NCBI RefSeq assembly: GCF_964355755.1
Contig: NC_092678.1
Coordinates: forward strand, 10,290,352 to 10,354,351
Length of the DNA: 64,000 nt
Reading direction: 5' to 3'
DNA from: Antedon mediterranea
Lineage: Eukaryota; Animalia; Echinodermata
In this document: positions 25,501-40,200 of the stretch, piece after piece
How positions within the stretch are numbered: the first letter of the stretch is position 1
How the letters are laid out: every line of letters starts with the position of its first letter
The notes under the pieces: model-generated
The model's database searches: none
Told to the model about the DNA's origin: nothing
The model's input: only the letters and a program-made list of their open reading frames with translations
Made by a program: the position numbers and the translations under genes

Positions 25501-26950
25501 GTCTAAAACGTTTCCAAATGCGATTTGAAGCTTTTCTAAGCACTTTGGTGTTTTTATGTTAACAAGTTTTTTCGAAAATCACAAAATGGTCTAAAACGTC
25601 TGCAAATGCGATTTGAAGATATTCTGAGCACTTTGGTGTTTTTCTGTTAAAAAGTATTTTCGAAAATCACAAAATGGTCTAAAACGTCTCCAAATGCAAT
25701 TTGAAGCTATTCTGTACACTTTGATGTTTTGTGTGAAAAAGTTTTGTCAAAATGCTCAAAATGGTCTAAAACGTTTTTAAAACGATATTAAGCTATTTTG
25801 TGCTCTTTGATGTTTTTGTATAACCAAGTTTTTTCGAAATGAACAAAATGGTCTAAAACGTCTCCAAATGCGATTTGAAGCTTTTCTAAACACTTTGGTG
25901 TTTTTATGTTAACAAGTTTTTTCGAAAATCACAAAATGGTCTAAAACGTCTCCAAATCCGATTTGAAGCTATTCTGTACACTTTGATGTTTTGTGTGAAA
26001 AAGTTTTGTCGAAATGCTCAAAATGGTCTAAAACGTTTTTAAAACGATATTAAGCTATTTTGTGCTCTTTGATGTTTTTGTGTAACCAAGTTTCATCGAT
26101 ATGAACAAAATGGTCTAAAACGTCTCAAAATGCGATTTGAAGGTATTCTGAGCACTTTGGTGTTTTTGGGTGAAAAGTTTTAACGAAATGCTCAAAATGG
26201 TCTAAAACGGTTTCTAATGTGATTTTAAGCACTTTGAAGTATTTGTAAAAACAAGTTTCATCGAAATGCACAAAATAGTCTAAAACGTCTCCAAATGCGA
26301 TTTGAAGCTTTTCTAAGCACTTTGGTGTTTTTATGTTAACAAGTTTTTTCGAAAATCACAAAATGGTCTAAAACGTCTCCAAATGCGATTTGAAGATATT
26401 CTGAGCACTTTGGTGTTTTTATGTTAAAAAGTATTTTCGAAAATCACAAAATGGTCTAAAACGTCTCCAAATGCGATTTGAAGCTCTTCTGTACACTTTG
26501 ATGTTTTGTGTGAAAAAGTTTAGTCGAAATGCTCAAAATGGTCTAAAACGTTTTTAAAACGATATTAAGCTATTTTGTGCTCTTTGATGTTTTTGTGTAA
26601 CCAAGTTTCATCGAAATGAACAAAATGGTCTAAAACGTCTCCAAATGCGATTTGAAGCTTTTCTAAGCACTTTGGTGTTTTTATGTTAACAAGTTTTTTC
26701 GAAAATCACAAAATGGTCTAAAACGTCTCCAAATGCGATTTGAAGATATTCTGAGCACTTTGCTGTTTTTATGTTAACAAGTTTTTTCGAAAATCACAAA
26801 ATGGTCTAAAACGTCTCAAAATGCTATTTGAAGGTATTCTGAGCACTTTGGTGTTTTTGTGTGAAAAGTTTTAACGAAATGCTCAAAATGGTCTAAAACG
26901 GTTCTAATGTGATTTTAAACACTTTGATGTTTTGTGTGAAAAAGTTTTGT

Positions 26951-29430
26951 CAAAATGCTGAAAATGGTCTAAAACGTTTTTAAAACGATATTAAGCTATT
27001 TTGTGCTCTTTGATGTTTTTGTATAACCAAGTTTTTTCGAAAATCACAAAATGGTCTAAAACGTCTCCAAATGCGATTTGAAGATATTCTGAGCACTTTG
27101 GTGTTTTTATGTTAAAAAGTTTTTTCGAAAATCACAAAATGGTCTAAAACGTCTCCAAATGCGATTTGAAGATATTCTGAGCACTTTGGTGTTTTTATGT
27201 TAAAAAGTTTTTTCGAAAATCACAAAATGGTCTAAAACGTCTCCAAATGCGATTTGAAGCTATTCTATACACTTTGATGTTTTGTGTTAAAAAGTTTTGT
27301 CGAAATGCTCAAAATGGTTTAAAACGTTTTTAAAACGATATTAAGCTATTTTGTGCTCTTTGATGTTTTTGTGTAACCAAGTTTCATCGAAATGAACAAA
27401 ATGGTCTAAAACGTCTCCAAATGCGATTTGAAGCTTTTCCAAGCACTTTGCTGTTTTTATGTTAACAAGTTTTTTCGAAAATCACAAAATTGTCTAAAAC
27501 GTCTCAAAATGCGATTTGAAGGTATTCTGAGCACTTTGGTGTTTTTGTGTGAAAAGTTTTAACGAAAAGCTCAAAATGGTCTAAAACGGTTCTAATGTGA
27601 TTTTAAGCACTTTGATGTTTTTGTACAACCAAGTTTCATCGAAATGCTCAAAATGGTCTAAAACGTTTTTAAAACGATATTAAGCTATTTTGTGCTCTTT
27701 GATGTTTTTGTGTAACCAAGTTTTTTCGAAAATCACAAAATGGTCTAAAACGTCTCCAAATGCGATTTGAAGGTTTTCTAAGCACTTTGGTGTTTTTATG
27801 TTAACAAGTTTTTTCGAAAATCACAAAATGGTCTAAAACGTCTCAAAATGCGATTTGAAGGTATTCTGAGCACTTTGGTGTTTTTGTGTGAAAAGTTTTA
27901 ACGAAATGCTCAAAATGGTCTAAAACGGTTTCTAATGTGATTTTAACCACTTTGATGTTTTTGTGTAACCAAGTTCTTTTCGAAAATCACAAAATGGTCT
28001 AAAACGTCTCCAAATGCGATTTGAAGCTTTTCTAAGCACTTTGGTGTTTTTATGTTAACAAGTTTTTTCGAAAATCACAAAATGGTCTAAAACGTCTCAA
28101 AATGCGATTTGAAGGTATTCTGAGCACTTTGGTGTTTTTGTGTGAAAAGTTTTAACGAAATGCTCAAAATGGTCTAAAACGGTTTCTAATGTGATTTTAA
28201 CCACTTTGATGTTTTTGTGTAACCAAGTTTTTTCGAAAATCACAAAATGGTCTAAAACGTCTCCAAATGCGATTTGAAGCTTTTCTAAGCACTTTGGTGT
28301 TTTTATGTTAACAAGTTTTTTCGAAAATCACAAAATGGTCTAAAACGTCTCCAAATGCGATTTGAAGCTATTCTGTACACTTTGATGTTTTGTGTGAAAA
28401 GTTTTAACAAAATGCTGAAAATGGTCTAAAACGTTTTTAAAACGATATTAAGCTATTTTGTGCTCTTTGATGTTTTTGTATAACCAAGTTTTTTCGAAAA
28501 TCACAAAATGGTCTAAAACGTCTCCAAATGCGATTTGAAGATATTCTGAGCACTTTGGTGTTTTTATGTTAAAAAGTTTTTTCGAAAATCACAAAATGGT
28601 CTAAAACGTCTCCAAATGCGATTTGAAGATATTCTGAGCACTTTGGTGTTTTTATGTTAAAAAGTTTTTTCGAAAATCACAAAATGGTCTAAAACGTCTC
28701 CAAATGCGATTTGAAGCTATTCTATACACTTTGATGTTTTGTGTTAAAAAGTTTTGTCGAAATGCTCAAAATGGTTTAAAACGTTTTTAAAACGATATTA
28801 AGCTATTTTGTGCTCTTTGATGTTTTTGTGTAACCAAGTTTCATCGAAATGAACAAAATGGTCTAAAACGTCTCCAAATGCGATTTGAAGCTTTTCCAAG
28901 CACTTTGCTGTTTTTATGTTAACAAGTTTTTTCGAAAATCACAAAATTGTCTAAAACGTCTCAAAATGCGATTTGAAGGTATTCTGAGCACTTTGGTGTT
29001 TTTGTGTGAAAAGTTTTAACGAAAAGCTCAAAATGGTCTAAAACGGTTCTAATGTGATTTTAAGCACTTTGATGTTTTTGTACAACCAAGTTTCATCGAA
29101 ATGCTCAAAATGGTCTAAAACGTTTTTAAAACGATATTAAGCTATTTTGTGCTCTTTGATGTTTTTGTGTAACCAAGTTTTTTCGAAAATCACAAAATGG
29201 TCTAAAACGTCTCCAAATGCGATTTGAAGCTTTTCTAAGCACTTTGGTGTTTTTATGTTAACAAGTTTTTTCGAAAATCACAAAATGGTCTAAAACGTCT
29301 CAAAATGCGATTTGAAGGTATTCTGAGCACTTTGGTGTTTTTGTGTGAAAAGTTTTAACGAAATGCTCAAAATGGTCTAAAACGGTTTCTAATGTGATTT
29401 TAACCACTTTGATGTTTTTGTGTAACCAAG
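26951..29430 (+). repeat. 1457-bp (17-monomer) tandem duplication
   Basis: The variant 'aatgctgaaa' has gctg at 26957 and 28414, and 'tctatacac' is at 27264 and 28721; both offsets are 1457. Confidence 0.85.
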
Positions 29431-32400
29431 TTCTTTTCGAAAATCACAAAATGGTCTAAAACGTCTCCAAATGCGATTTGAAGCTTTTCTAAGCACTTTG
29501 GTGTTTTTATGTTAACAAGTTTTTTCGAAAATCACAAAATGGTCTAAAACGTCTCCAAATGCGATTTGAAGCTATTCTGTACACTTTGATGTTTTGTGTG
29601 AAAAGTTTTAACGAAATGCTCAAAATTGTCTAAAACGGTTTCTAATGTGATTTTAAGCACTTTGATGTTTTTGTAAAACCAAGTTTCATCGAAATGCACA
29701 AAATGGTCTAAAACGTCTCCAAATGCGATTTGAAGCTTTTCCAAGCACTTTGGTGTTTTTATGTTAACAAGGTTTTTCGAAAATCACAAAATGGTCTAAA
29801 ACGTCTCCAAATGCGATTTGAAGCTTTTCCAAGCACTTTGCTGTTTTTATGTTAACAAGTTTTTTCGAAAATCACAAAATGGTCTAAAACGTCTCAAAAT
29901 ACGATATTAAGCTGTTTTGTGCACTTTGATGATTTGTGTGAAAAGTTTTAACGAAATGCTCAAAATGGTCTAAAACGGTTTCTAATGTGATTTTAAGCAC
30001 TTTGATGTTTTTATGTAGCCAAGTTTTTTCGAAAATCACAAAATGGTCAAAAACGTCTCCAAATGCGATTTGAAGCTTTTCTAAGCACTTTGGTTTTTTT
30101 ATGTTAACAAGTTTTTTCGAAAATCACAAAATGGTCTAAAACGTCTTCAAATGCGATTTGAAGATATTCTGAGCACTTTGGTGTTTTTCTGTTAAAAAGT
30201 ATTTTCGAAAATCACAAAATGGCCTAAAACGTCTCCAAATGCGATTTGAAGCTATTCTGTACACTTTGATGTTTTGTGTGAAAAAGTTTTGTCAAAATGC
30301 TCAAAATGGTCTAAAACGTTTTTAAAACGATATTAAGCTATTTTGTGCTCTTTGATGTGTTTGTATAACCAAGTTTTTTCGAAAATCACAAAATGGTCTA
30401 AAACGTCTCCAAATGCGATTTGAAGATTTTCCAAGCACTTTGCTGTTTTTATGTTAACAATTTTTTTCGAAAATCATAAAATGGTCTAAAACGTCTCCAA
30501 ATGCGATTTGAAGCTATTCTGTACACTTTGATGTTTTGTGTGAAAAGTTTTGTCGAAATGCTCAAAATGGTCTAAAACGTTTTTAAAACGATATTAAGCT
30601 ATTTTGTGCTCTTTGATGTTTTTGTGTAACCAAGTTTCATCGAAATGAGCAAAATGGTCTAAAACGTCTCCAAATGCGATTTGAAGCTTTTCTAAGCACT
30701 TTGGTGTTTTTATGTTAACAAGTTTTTTCGAAAATCACAAAATGGTCTAAAACGTCTCCAAATGCGATTTGAAGATATTCTGAGCACTTTGCTGTTTTTA
30801 TGTTAACAAGTTTTTTCGAAAATCACAAAATGGTCTAAAACGTCTCAAAATGCTATTTGAAGGTATTCTGAGCACTTTGGTGTTTTTGTGTGAAAAGTTT
30901 TAACGAAATGCTCAAAATGGTCTAAAACGGTTCTAATGTGATTTTAAGCACTTTGATGTTTTTGTATAACCAAGTTTCATCGAAATGCTCAAAATGGTCT
31001 AAAACGTTTTTAAAACGATATTAAGCTATTTTGTGCTCTTTGATGTTTTTGTGTAACGAAGTTTCATCGAAATTAACAAAATGGTCTAAAACGTCTCCAA
31101 ATGCGATTTGAAGCTTTTCCAAGCACTTTGCTGTTTTTATGTTAACAAGTTTTTTCGAAAATCACAAAATGGCCTAAAACGTCTCAAAATGCGATTTCAA
31201 GGTATTCTGAGCACTTTGGTGTTTTTGTGTGAAAGGTTTTAACGAAATGCTCAAAATGGTCTAAAACGGTTTCTAATGTGATTTAAAGCACTTTGATGTT
31301 TTTGTATAACCAAGTTTCATCGAAATGCACAAAATGGTCTAAAACGTCTCCAAATGCGATTTGAAGCTTTTCTAAGCACTTTGCTGTTTTTATGTTAACA
31401 AGTTTTTTCGAAAATCACAAAATGGTCTAAAACGTCTCCAAATGCGATTTGAAGATATTCTGAGCACTTTGGTGTTTTTATGTTAAAAAGTTTTTTCGAA
31501 AATCACAAAATGGTCTAAAACGTCTCCAAATGCGATTTGAAGATATTCTGAGCACTTTGGTGTTTTTATGTTAACAAGTTTTTTCGAAAATCACAAAATG
31601 GTCTAAAACGTCTCCAAATGCGATTTGAAGCTATTCTGTACACTTTGATGTTTTGTGTGAAAAAGTTTTGTCGAAATGCTCAAAATGGTCTAAAACGTTT
31701 TTAAAACGATATTAAGCTATTTTGTGCTCTTTGATGTTTTTCTGTAACCAAGTTTTATCGAAATGAACAAAATGGTCTAAAACGTCTCCAAATGCGATTT
31801 GAAGCTTTTCCAAGCACTTTGCTGTTTTTATGTTAACAAGTTTTTTCGAAAATCACAAAATGGTCTAAAACGTCTCAAAATGCGATTTGAAGGTATTCTG
31901 AGCACTTTGGTGTTTTTGTGTGAAAAGTTTTAACGAAATGCTCAAAATTGTCTAAAACGGTTTCTAATGTGATTTTAAGCACTTTGATGTTTTTGTAAAA
32001 CCAAGTTTCATCGAAATGAACAAAATGGTCTAAAATGTCTCCAAATGCGATTTGAAGCTTTTCCAAGCACTTTGCTGTTTTTATGTTAACAAGCTTTTTC
32101 GAAAATCACAAAATGGTCTAAAACGTCTCCAAATGCGATTTGAAGATATTCTGAGCACTTTGGTGTTTTTATGTTAAAAAGTTTTTTCGAAAATCACAAA
32201 ATGGTCTAAAACGTCTCCAAATGCAATTTGAAGATATTCTGAGCACTTTGGTGTTTTTATGTTAAAAAGTTTTTTCGAAAATCACAAAATGGTCTAAAAC
32301 GTCTCCAAATGCGATTTGAAGCTATTCTGTACACTTTGATGTTTTGTGTGAAAAAGTTTTGTCGAAATGCTCAAAATGGTTTAAAACGTTTTTAAAACGA

Positions 32401-35400
32401 TATTAAGTTATTTTGTGCTCTTTGATGTTTTTGTGTAACCAAGTTTCATCGAAATGAACAAAATGGTCTAAAACGTCTCCAAATGCGATTTGAAGCTTTT
32501 CCAAGCACTTTGCTGTTTTTATGTTAACAAGTTTTTTCGAAAATCACAAAATGGTGTAAAACGTCTCAAAATGCGATTTGAAGGTATTCTGAGCACTTTG
32601 GTGTTTTTGTGTGAAAAGTTTTAACGAAATGCTCAAAATGGTCTAAAACGGTTCTAATGTGATTTTAAGCTATTCTAGACACTTTGATGTTTTGTGTGAA
32701 AAAGTTTTCTCGAAATGCTCAAAATGGTCTAAAACGTTTTCCAATACCATATTAAGCTATTTTGTGCAATTTGATGTTTTTGTGTAACCAAGTTTTTTGA
32801 AATGCGATTTGAAGATATTCTGAGGACTCTGGTGTTTTTATGTTAAAAAGTTTTTTCGAAAATCACAAAATGGTCTAAAACGTCTCCAAATGCGATTTGA
32901 AGATATTCTGAGCACTTTGGTGTTTTTATGTTAAAAAGTTTTTTCGAAAATCACAAAATGGTCTAAAACGTCTCCAAATGCGAGTTGAAGCTATTCTGTA
33001 CACTTTGATGTTTTGTGTGAAAAAGTTTTGTCGAAATGCTCAAAATGGTCTAAAACGTTTTTAAAACGATATTAAGCTATTTTGTGCTCTTTGATGTTTT
33101 TGTGTAACCAAGTTTTTTCGAAAATCACAAAATGGTCTAAAACGTCTCCAAATGCGATTTGAAGCTTTTCTAAGCACTTTGGTGTTTTTATGTTAACAAG
33201 TTTTTTCGCAAATCACAAAATTGTCTAAAACGTCTCCAAATGCGATTTGAAGATATTCTGAGCACATTGGTGTTTTTATGTTAAAAAAGTTTTTTCGAAA
33301 ATCACAAAATGGTCTAAAACGTTTCCAAATGCGATTTGAAGCTCTTCTGTACACTTTGATGTTTTGTGTGAAAAAGTTTTTTCGAAATGCTCAAAATGGT
33401 CTAAAACGTTTTTAAATACGATATTAAGCTGTTTTGTGCACTTTGATGGTTTGTGTGAAAAGTTTTAACGAAATGCTCAAAATGGTCAAAAACGGTTTCT
33501 AATGTGATTTTAAGCACTTTGATGTTTTTGTGTAACCAAGTTTTTTCGAAAATCACAAATTGGTCTAAAACGTCTCCAAATGCGATTTGAAGCTTTTCTA
33601 AACACTTTGGTGCTTTTATGTTAACAAGTTTTTTCGAAAATCACAAAATGGTCTAAAACGTCTCCAAATGCGATTTGAAGCTTTTCTAAACACTTTGGTG
33701 TTTTTATGTTAACAAGTTTTTTCGAAAATCACAAAATGGTCTAAAACGTCTTCAAATGCGATTTGAAGATATTCTGAGCACTTTGGTGTTTTTCTGTTAA
33801 AAAGTTTTTTCGAAAATCACAAAATGGTCTAAAACGTCTCCAAATGCGATTTGAAGCTCTTCTGTACACTTTGATGTTTTGTGTGAAAAAGTTTTCTCGA
33901 AATGCTCAAAATGGTCTAAAACGTTTTCCAATACCATATTAAGCTATTTTGTGCAATTTGATGTTTTTATGTAACCAAGTTTTTTGAAATGCGATTTGAA
34001 GATATTCTGAGCACTTTGGTGTTTTTATGTTAAAAAGTTTTTTCGAAAATCACAAAATGGTCTAAAACGTCTCCAAATGCGATTTGAAGATATTCTGAGC
34101 ACTTTGGTGTTTTTATGTTAAAAAGTTTTTTCGAAAATCACAAAATGGTCTAAAACGTCTCCAAATGCGATTTGAAGCTATTCTGTACACTTTGATGTTT
34201 TGTGTGAAAAAGTTTTGTCGAAATGCTCAAAATGGTCTAAAACGTTTTTAAAACGATATTAAGCTATTTTGTGCTCTTTGATGTTTTTGTGTAACCAAGT
34301 TTTTTCGAAAATCACAAAATGGTCTAAAACGTCTCCAAATGCGATTTGAAGCTTTTCTAAGCACTTTGGTGTTTTTATGTTAACAAAATTTTTCGAAAAT
34401 CACAAAATGGTCTAAAACGTCTCAAAATGCGATTTGAAGGTATTCTGAGCACTTTGGTGTTTTTGTGTGAAAAGTTTTAACGAAATGCTCAAAATGGTCT
34501 AAAACGGTTTCTAATGTGATTTTAAGCACTTTGATGTTTTTGTGTAACCAAGTTTTTTCGAAAATCACAAAATGGTCTAAAACGTCTCCAAATGCGATTT
34601 GAAGCTATTCTGTACACTTTGATGTTTTGTGTGAAAAAAGTTTTGTCGAAATGCTCAAAATGGTCTAAAACGTTTTTAAAACGATATTGAGCTATTTTGT
34701 GCTCTTTGATGTTTTTGTGTAACCAAGTTTTATCGAAATGAACAAAATGGTCTAAAACGTCTCCAAATGCGATTTGAAGCTTTTCCAAGCACTTTGCTGT
34801 TTTTATATTAAGTTTTTTCGAAAATCACAAAATGGTCTAAAACGTCTCTAAATGCGATTTGAAGGTATTCTGAGCAATTTGGTGTTTTTGTGTGAAAAGT
34901 TTTAACGAAATGCTCAAAATTGTCTAAAACGGTTTCTAATGTGATTTTAAGCACTTTGATGTTTTTGTAAAACCAAGTTTCATCGAAATGCACAAAATGG
35001 TCTAAAACGTCTCCAAATGCGATTTGAAGCTATTCTGTACACTTTGATGTTTTGTGTGAAAAAAGTTTTGTCGAAATGCTCAAAATGGTCTAAAACGTTT
35101 TTAAAACGATATTAAGCTATTTTGTGCTCTTTGATGTTTTTGTGTAACCAAGTTTTATCGAAATGAACAAAATGGTCTAAAACGTCTCCAAATGCGATTT
35201 GAAGCTTTTCCAAGCACTTTGCTGTTTTTATGTTAACAGGTTTTTTCGAAAATCACAAAATGGTCTAAAACGTCTCAAAATGCGATTTGAAGGTATTCTG
35301 AGCACTTTGGTGTTTTTGTGTGAAAAGTTTTAACGAAATGCTCAAAATTGTCTAAAACGGTTTCTAATGTGATTTTAAGCACTTTGATGTTTTTGTAAAA

Positions 35401-37214
35401 CCAAGTTTCATCGAAATGCACAAAATGGTCTAAAATGTCTCCAAATGCGATTTGAAGCTTTTCCAAGCACTTTGCTGTTTTTATGTTAACAAGCTTTTTC
35501 GAAAATCACAAAATGGTCTAAAACGTCTCCAAATGTGATTTGAAGATATTCTGAGCACTTTGGTATTTTTATGTTAAAAAGTTTTTTCGAAAATCACAAA
35601 ATGGTCTAAAACGTCTCCAAATGCGATTTGAAGATATTCTGAGCACTTTGGTGTTTTTATGTTAAAAAGTTTTTTCGAAAATCACAAAATGGTCTAAAAC
35701 GTCTCCAAATGCGATTTGAAGCTATTCTGTACACTTTGATGTTTTGTGTGAAAAAGTTTTGTCGAAATGCTCAAAATGGTTTAAAACGTTTTTAAAACGA
35801 TATTAAGCTATTTTGTGCTCTTTGATGTTTTTGTATAACCAAGTTTCATCGAAATGCACAAAATGGTCTAAAACGTCTCCAAATACGATTTGAAGCTTTT
35901 CCAAGCACTTTGCTGTTTTTATGTTAACAAGTTTTTTCGAAAATCACAAAATTGTCTAAAACGTCTCAAAATGCGATTTGAAGGTATTCTGAGCACTTTG
36001 GTGTTTTTGTGTGAAAAGTTTTAACGAAAAGCTCAAAATGGTCTAAAACGGTTCTAATGTGATTTTAAGCACTTTGATGTTTTTGTACAACGAAGTTTCA
36101 TCGAAATGCTCAAAATGGTCTAAAACGTTTTTAAAACGATATTAAGCTATTTTGTGCTCTTTGATGTTTTTGTGTAACCAAGTTTTTTTCGAAAATCACA
36201 AAATGGTCTAAAACGTCTCCAAATGCGATTTGAAGCTTTTCTAAGCACTTTGGTGTTTTTATGTTAACAAGTTTTTTCGAAAATCGCAAAATGGTCTAAA
36301 ACGTCTCAAAATGCGATTTGAAGGTATTCTGAGCACTTTGGTGTTTTTGTGTGAAAAGTTTTAACGAAATGCTCAAAATGGTCTAAAACGGTTTCTAATG
36401 TGATTTTAACCACTTTGATGTTTTTGTGTAACCAAGTTCTTTTCGAAAATCACAAAATGGTCTAAAACGTCTCCAAATGCGATTTGAAGCTTTTCTAAGC
36501 ACTTTGGTGTTTTTATGTTAACAAGTTTTTTCGAAAATCACAAAATGGTCTAAAACGTCTCAAAATGCGATTTGAAGGTATTCTGAGCACTTTGGTGTTT
36601 TTGTGTGAAAAGTTTTAACGAAATGCTCAAAATGGTCTAAAACGGTTTCTAATGTGATTTTAACCACTTTGATGTTTTTGTGTAACCAAGTTTTTTCGAA
36701 AATCACAAAATGGTCTAAAACGTCTCCAAATGCGATTTGAAGCTTTTCTAAGCACTTTGGTGTTTTTATGTTAACAAGTTTTTTCGAAAATCACAAAATG
36801 GTCTAAAACGTCTCCAAATGCGATTTGAAGCTATTCTGTACACTTTGATGTTTTGTGTGAAAAAAGTTTTGTCGAAATGCTCAAAATGGTCTAAAACGTT
36901 TTTAAAACGATATTAAGCTATTTTGTGCTCTTTGATGTTTTTGTGTAACCAAGTTTTATCGAAATGAACAAAATGTTCTAAAACGTCTCCAAATGCGATT
37001 TGAAGCTTTTCCAAGCACTTTGCTGTTTTTATGTTAAGTTTTTTCGAAAATCACAAATTGGTCTAAAACGTCTCTAAATGCGAGTTGAAAGTATTCTGAG
37101 CACTTTGGTGTTTTTGTGTGAAAAGTTTTAACGAAATGCTCAAAATTGTCTAAAACGGTTTCTAATGTGATTTTAAGCACTTTGATGTTTTTGTAAAACC
37201 AAGTTTCATCGAAA
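28500..37214 (+). repeat. ~8.7-kb block duplicated at ~50.0-58.95 kb (copy 1)
   Basis: ORF pairs 29544/51279, 34522/56257, 34808/56543, 35275/57010 and 37034/58769 are all offset 21735. The copies share rare variants: tggttttttt, ggcctaaaac, aatcataaa, atgagc, atttaaagca, aaattggtc..gcgagttg. Confidence 0.9.
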
Positions 37215-40200
37215 ATCACAAAATGGTCTAAAACGTCTCCAAATGCGATTTGAAGATATTCTGAGCACTTTGGTGTTTTTATGTTAAAAAGTTTTTTCGA
37301 AAATCACAAAATGGTCTAAAACGTCTCCAAATGCGATTTGAAGCTCTTCTGTACACTTTGATGTTTTGTGTGAATAAGTTTTGTCAAAATGCTCAAAATG
37401 GTCTTAAACGTTTTTAAAACGATATTAAGCTATTTTGTGCTCTTTGATGTTTTTGTATAACCAAGTTTTTTCGAAAATCACAAAATTGTCTAAAACGTCT
37501 CCAAATGCGATTTGAAGATATTCTGAGCACTTTGGTGTTTTTATGTTAAAAAGTTTTTTCGAAAATCACAAAATGGTCTAAAACGTCTCCAAATGCGATT
37601 TGAAGATATTCTGAGCACTTTGGTGTTTTGTGTGAAAAGTTTTGTCGAAATGCTCAAAATGGTCTAAAACGTTTTTAAAACGATATTAAGCTATTTTGTG
37701 CTCTTTGATGTTTTTGTGTAACCAAGTTTCATCGAAATGAACAAAATGGTCTAAAACGTCTCCAAATGCGATTTGAAGCTTTTCTAAGCACTTTGGTGTT
37801 TTTATGTTAACAAGTTTTTTCGAAAATCACAAAATGGTCTAAAACGTCTCCAAATGCGATTTGAAGATATTCTGAGCACTTTGCTGTTTTTATGTTAACA
37901 AGTTTTTCGAAAATCACAAAATGGTCTAAAACGTCTCAAAATGCTATTTGAAGGTATTCTGAGCACTTTGGTGTTTTTGTGTGAAAAGTTTTAACGAAAT
38001 GCTCAAAATGGTCTAAAACGGTTCTAATGTGATTTTAAGCACTTTGATGTTTTTGTATAACCAAGTTTCATCGAAATGCTCAAAATGGTCTAAAACGTTT
38101 TTAAAACGATATTAAGCTATTTTGTGCTCTTTGATGTTTTTGTGTAACGAAGTTTCATCGAAATGAACAAAATGGTCTAAAACGTCTCCAAATGCGATTT
38201 GAAGCTTTTCCAAGCACTTTGCTGTTTTTATGTTAACAAGTTTTTTCGAAAATCACAAAATGGCCTAAAACGTCTCAAAATGCGATTTCAAGGTATTCTG
38301 AGCACTTTGGTGTTTTTGTGTGAAAGGTTTTAACGAAATGCTCAAAATGGTCTAAAACGGTTTCTAATGTGATTTTAAGCACTTTGATGTTTTTGTATAA
38401 CCAAGTTTCATCGAAATGCACAAAATGGTCTAAAACGTCTCCAAATGCGATTTGAAGCTTTTCTAAGCACTTTGCTGTTTTTATGTTAACAAGTTTTTTC
38501 GAAAATCACAAAATGGTCTAAAACGTCTCCAAATGCGATTTGAAGATATTCTGAGCACTTTGGTGTTTTTATGTTAAAAAGTTTTTTCGAAAATCACAAA
38601 ATGGTCTAAAACGTCTCCAAATGCGATTTGAAGCTATTCTATACACTTTGATGTTTTGTGTTAAAAAGTTTTGTCGAAATGCTCAAAATGGTTTAAAACG
38701 TTTTTAAAACGATATTAAGCTATTTTGTGCTCTTTGATGTTTTTGTGTAACCAAGTTTCATCGAAATGAACAAAATGGTCTAAAACGTCTCCAAATGCGA
38801 TTTGAAGCTTTTCCAAGCACTTTGCTGTTTTTATGTTAACAAGTTTTTTCGAAAATCACAAAATTGTCTAAAACGTCTCAAAAAGCGATTTGAAGGTATT
38901 CTGAGCACTTTGGTGTTTTTGTGTGAAAAGTTTTAACGAAAAGCTCAAAATGGTCTAAAACGGTTCTAATGTGATTTTAAGCACTTTGATGTTTTTGTAC
39001 AACCAAGTTTCATCGAAATGCTCAAAATGGTCTAAAACGTTTTTAAAACGATATTAAGCTATTTTGTGCTCTTTGATGTTTTTGTGTAACCAAGTTTTTT
39101 CGAAAATCACAAAATGGTCTAAAACGTCTCCAAATGCGATTTGAAGCTTTTCTAAGCACTTTGGTGTTTTTATGTTAACAAGTTTTTTCAAAAATCACAA
39201 AATGGTCTAAAACGTCTCCAAATGCGATTTGAAGATATTCTGAGCACTTTGGTGTTTTTCTGTTAAAAAGTATTTTCGAAAATCACAAAATGGTCTAAAA
39301 CGTCTCCAAATGCAATTTGAAGCTATTCTGTACACTTTGATGTTTTGTGTGAAAAAGTTTTGTCAAAATGCTCAAAATGGTCTAAAACGTTTTTAAAACG
39401 ATATTAAGCTATTTTGTGCTCTTTGATGTTTTTGTATAACCAAGTTTTTTCGAAAATCACAAAATGGTCTAAAACGTCTCCAAATGCGATTTGAAGCTTT
39501 TCTAAACACTTTGGTGTTTTTATGTTAACAAGTTTTTTCGAAAATCACAAAATGGTCTAAAACGTCTCCAAATCCGATTTGAAGCTATTCTGTACACTTT
39601 GATGTTTTGTGTGAAAAAGTTTTGTCGAAATGCTCAAAATGGTCTAAAACGTTTTTAAAACGATATTAAGCTATTTTGTGCTCTTTGATGTTTTTGTGTA
39701 ACCAAGTTTCATCGATATGAACAAAATGGTCTAAAACGTCTCAAAATGCGATTTGAAGGTATTCTGAGCACTTTGGTGTTTTTGGGTGAAAAGTTTTAAC
39801 GAAATGCTCAAAATGGTCTAAAACGGTTTCTAATGTGATTTTAAGCACTTTGAAGTATTTGTAAAAACAAGTTTCATCGAAATGCACAAAATAGTCTAAA
39901 ACGTCTCCAAATGCGATTTGAAGCTTTTCTAAGCACTTTGGTGTTTTTATGTTAACAAGTTTTTTCGAAAATCACAAAATGGTCTAAAACGTCTCCAAAT
40001 GCGATTTGAAGATATTCTGAGCACTTTGGTGTTTTTATGTTAAAAAGTATTTTCGAAAATCACAAAATGGTCTAAAACGTCTCCAAATGCGATTTGAAGC
40101 TCTTCTGTACACTTTGATGTTTTGTGTGAAAAAGTTTAGTCGAAATGCTCAAAATGGTCTAAAACGTTTTTAAAACGATATTAAGCTATTTTGTGCTCTT

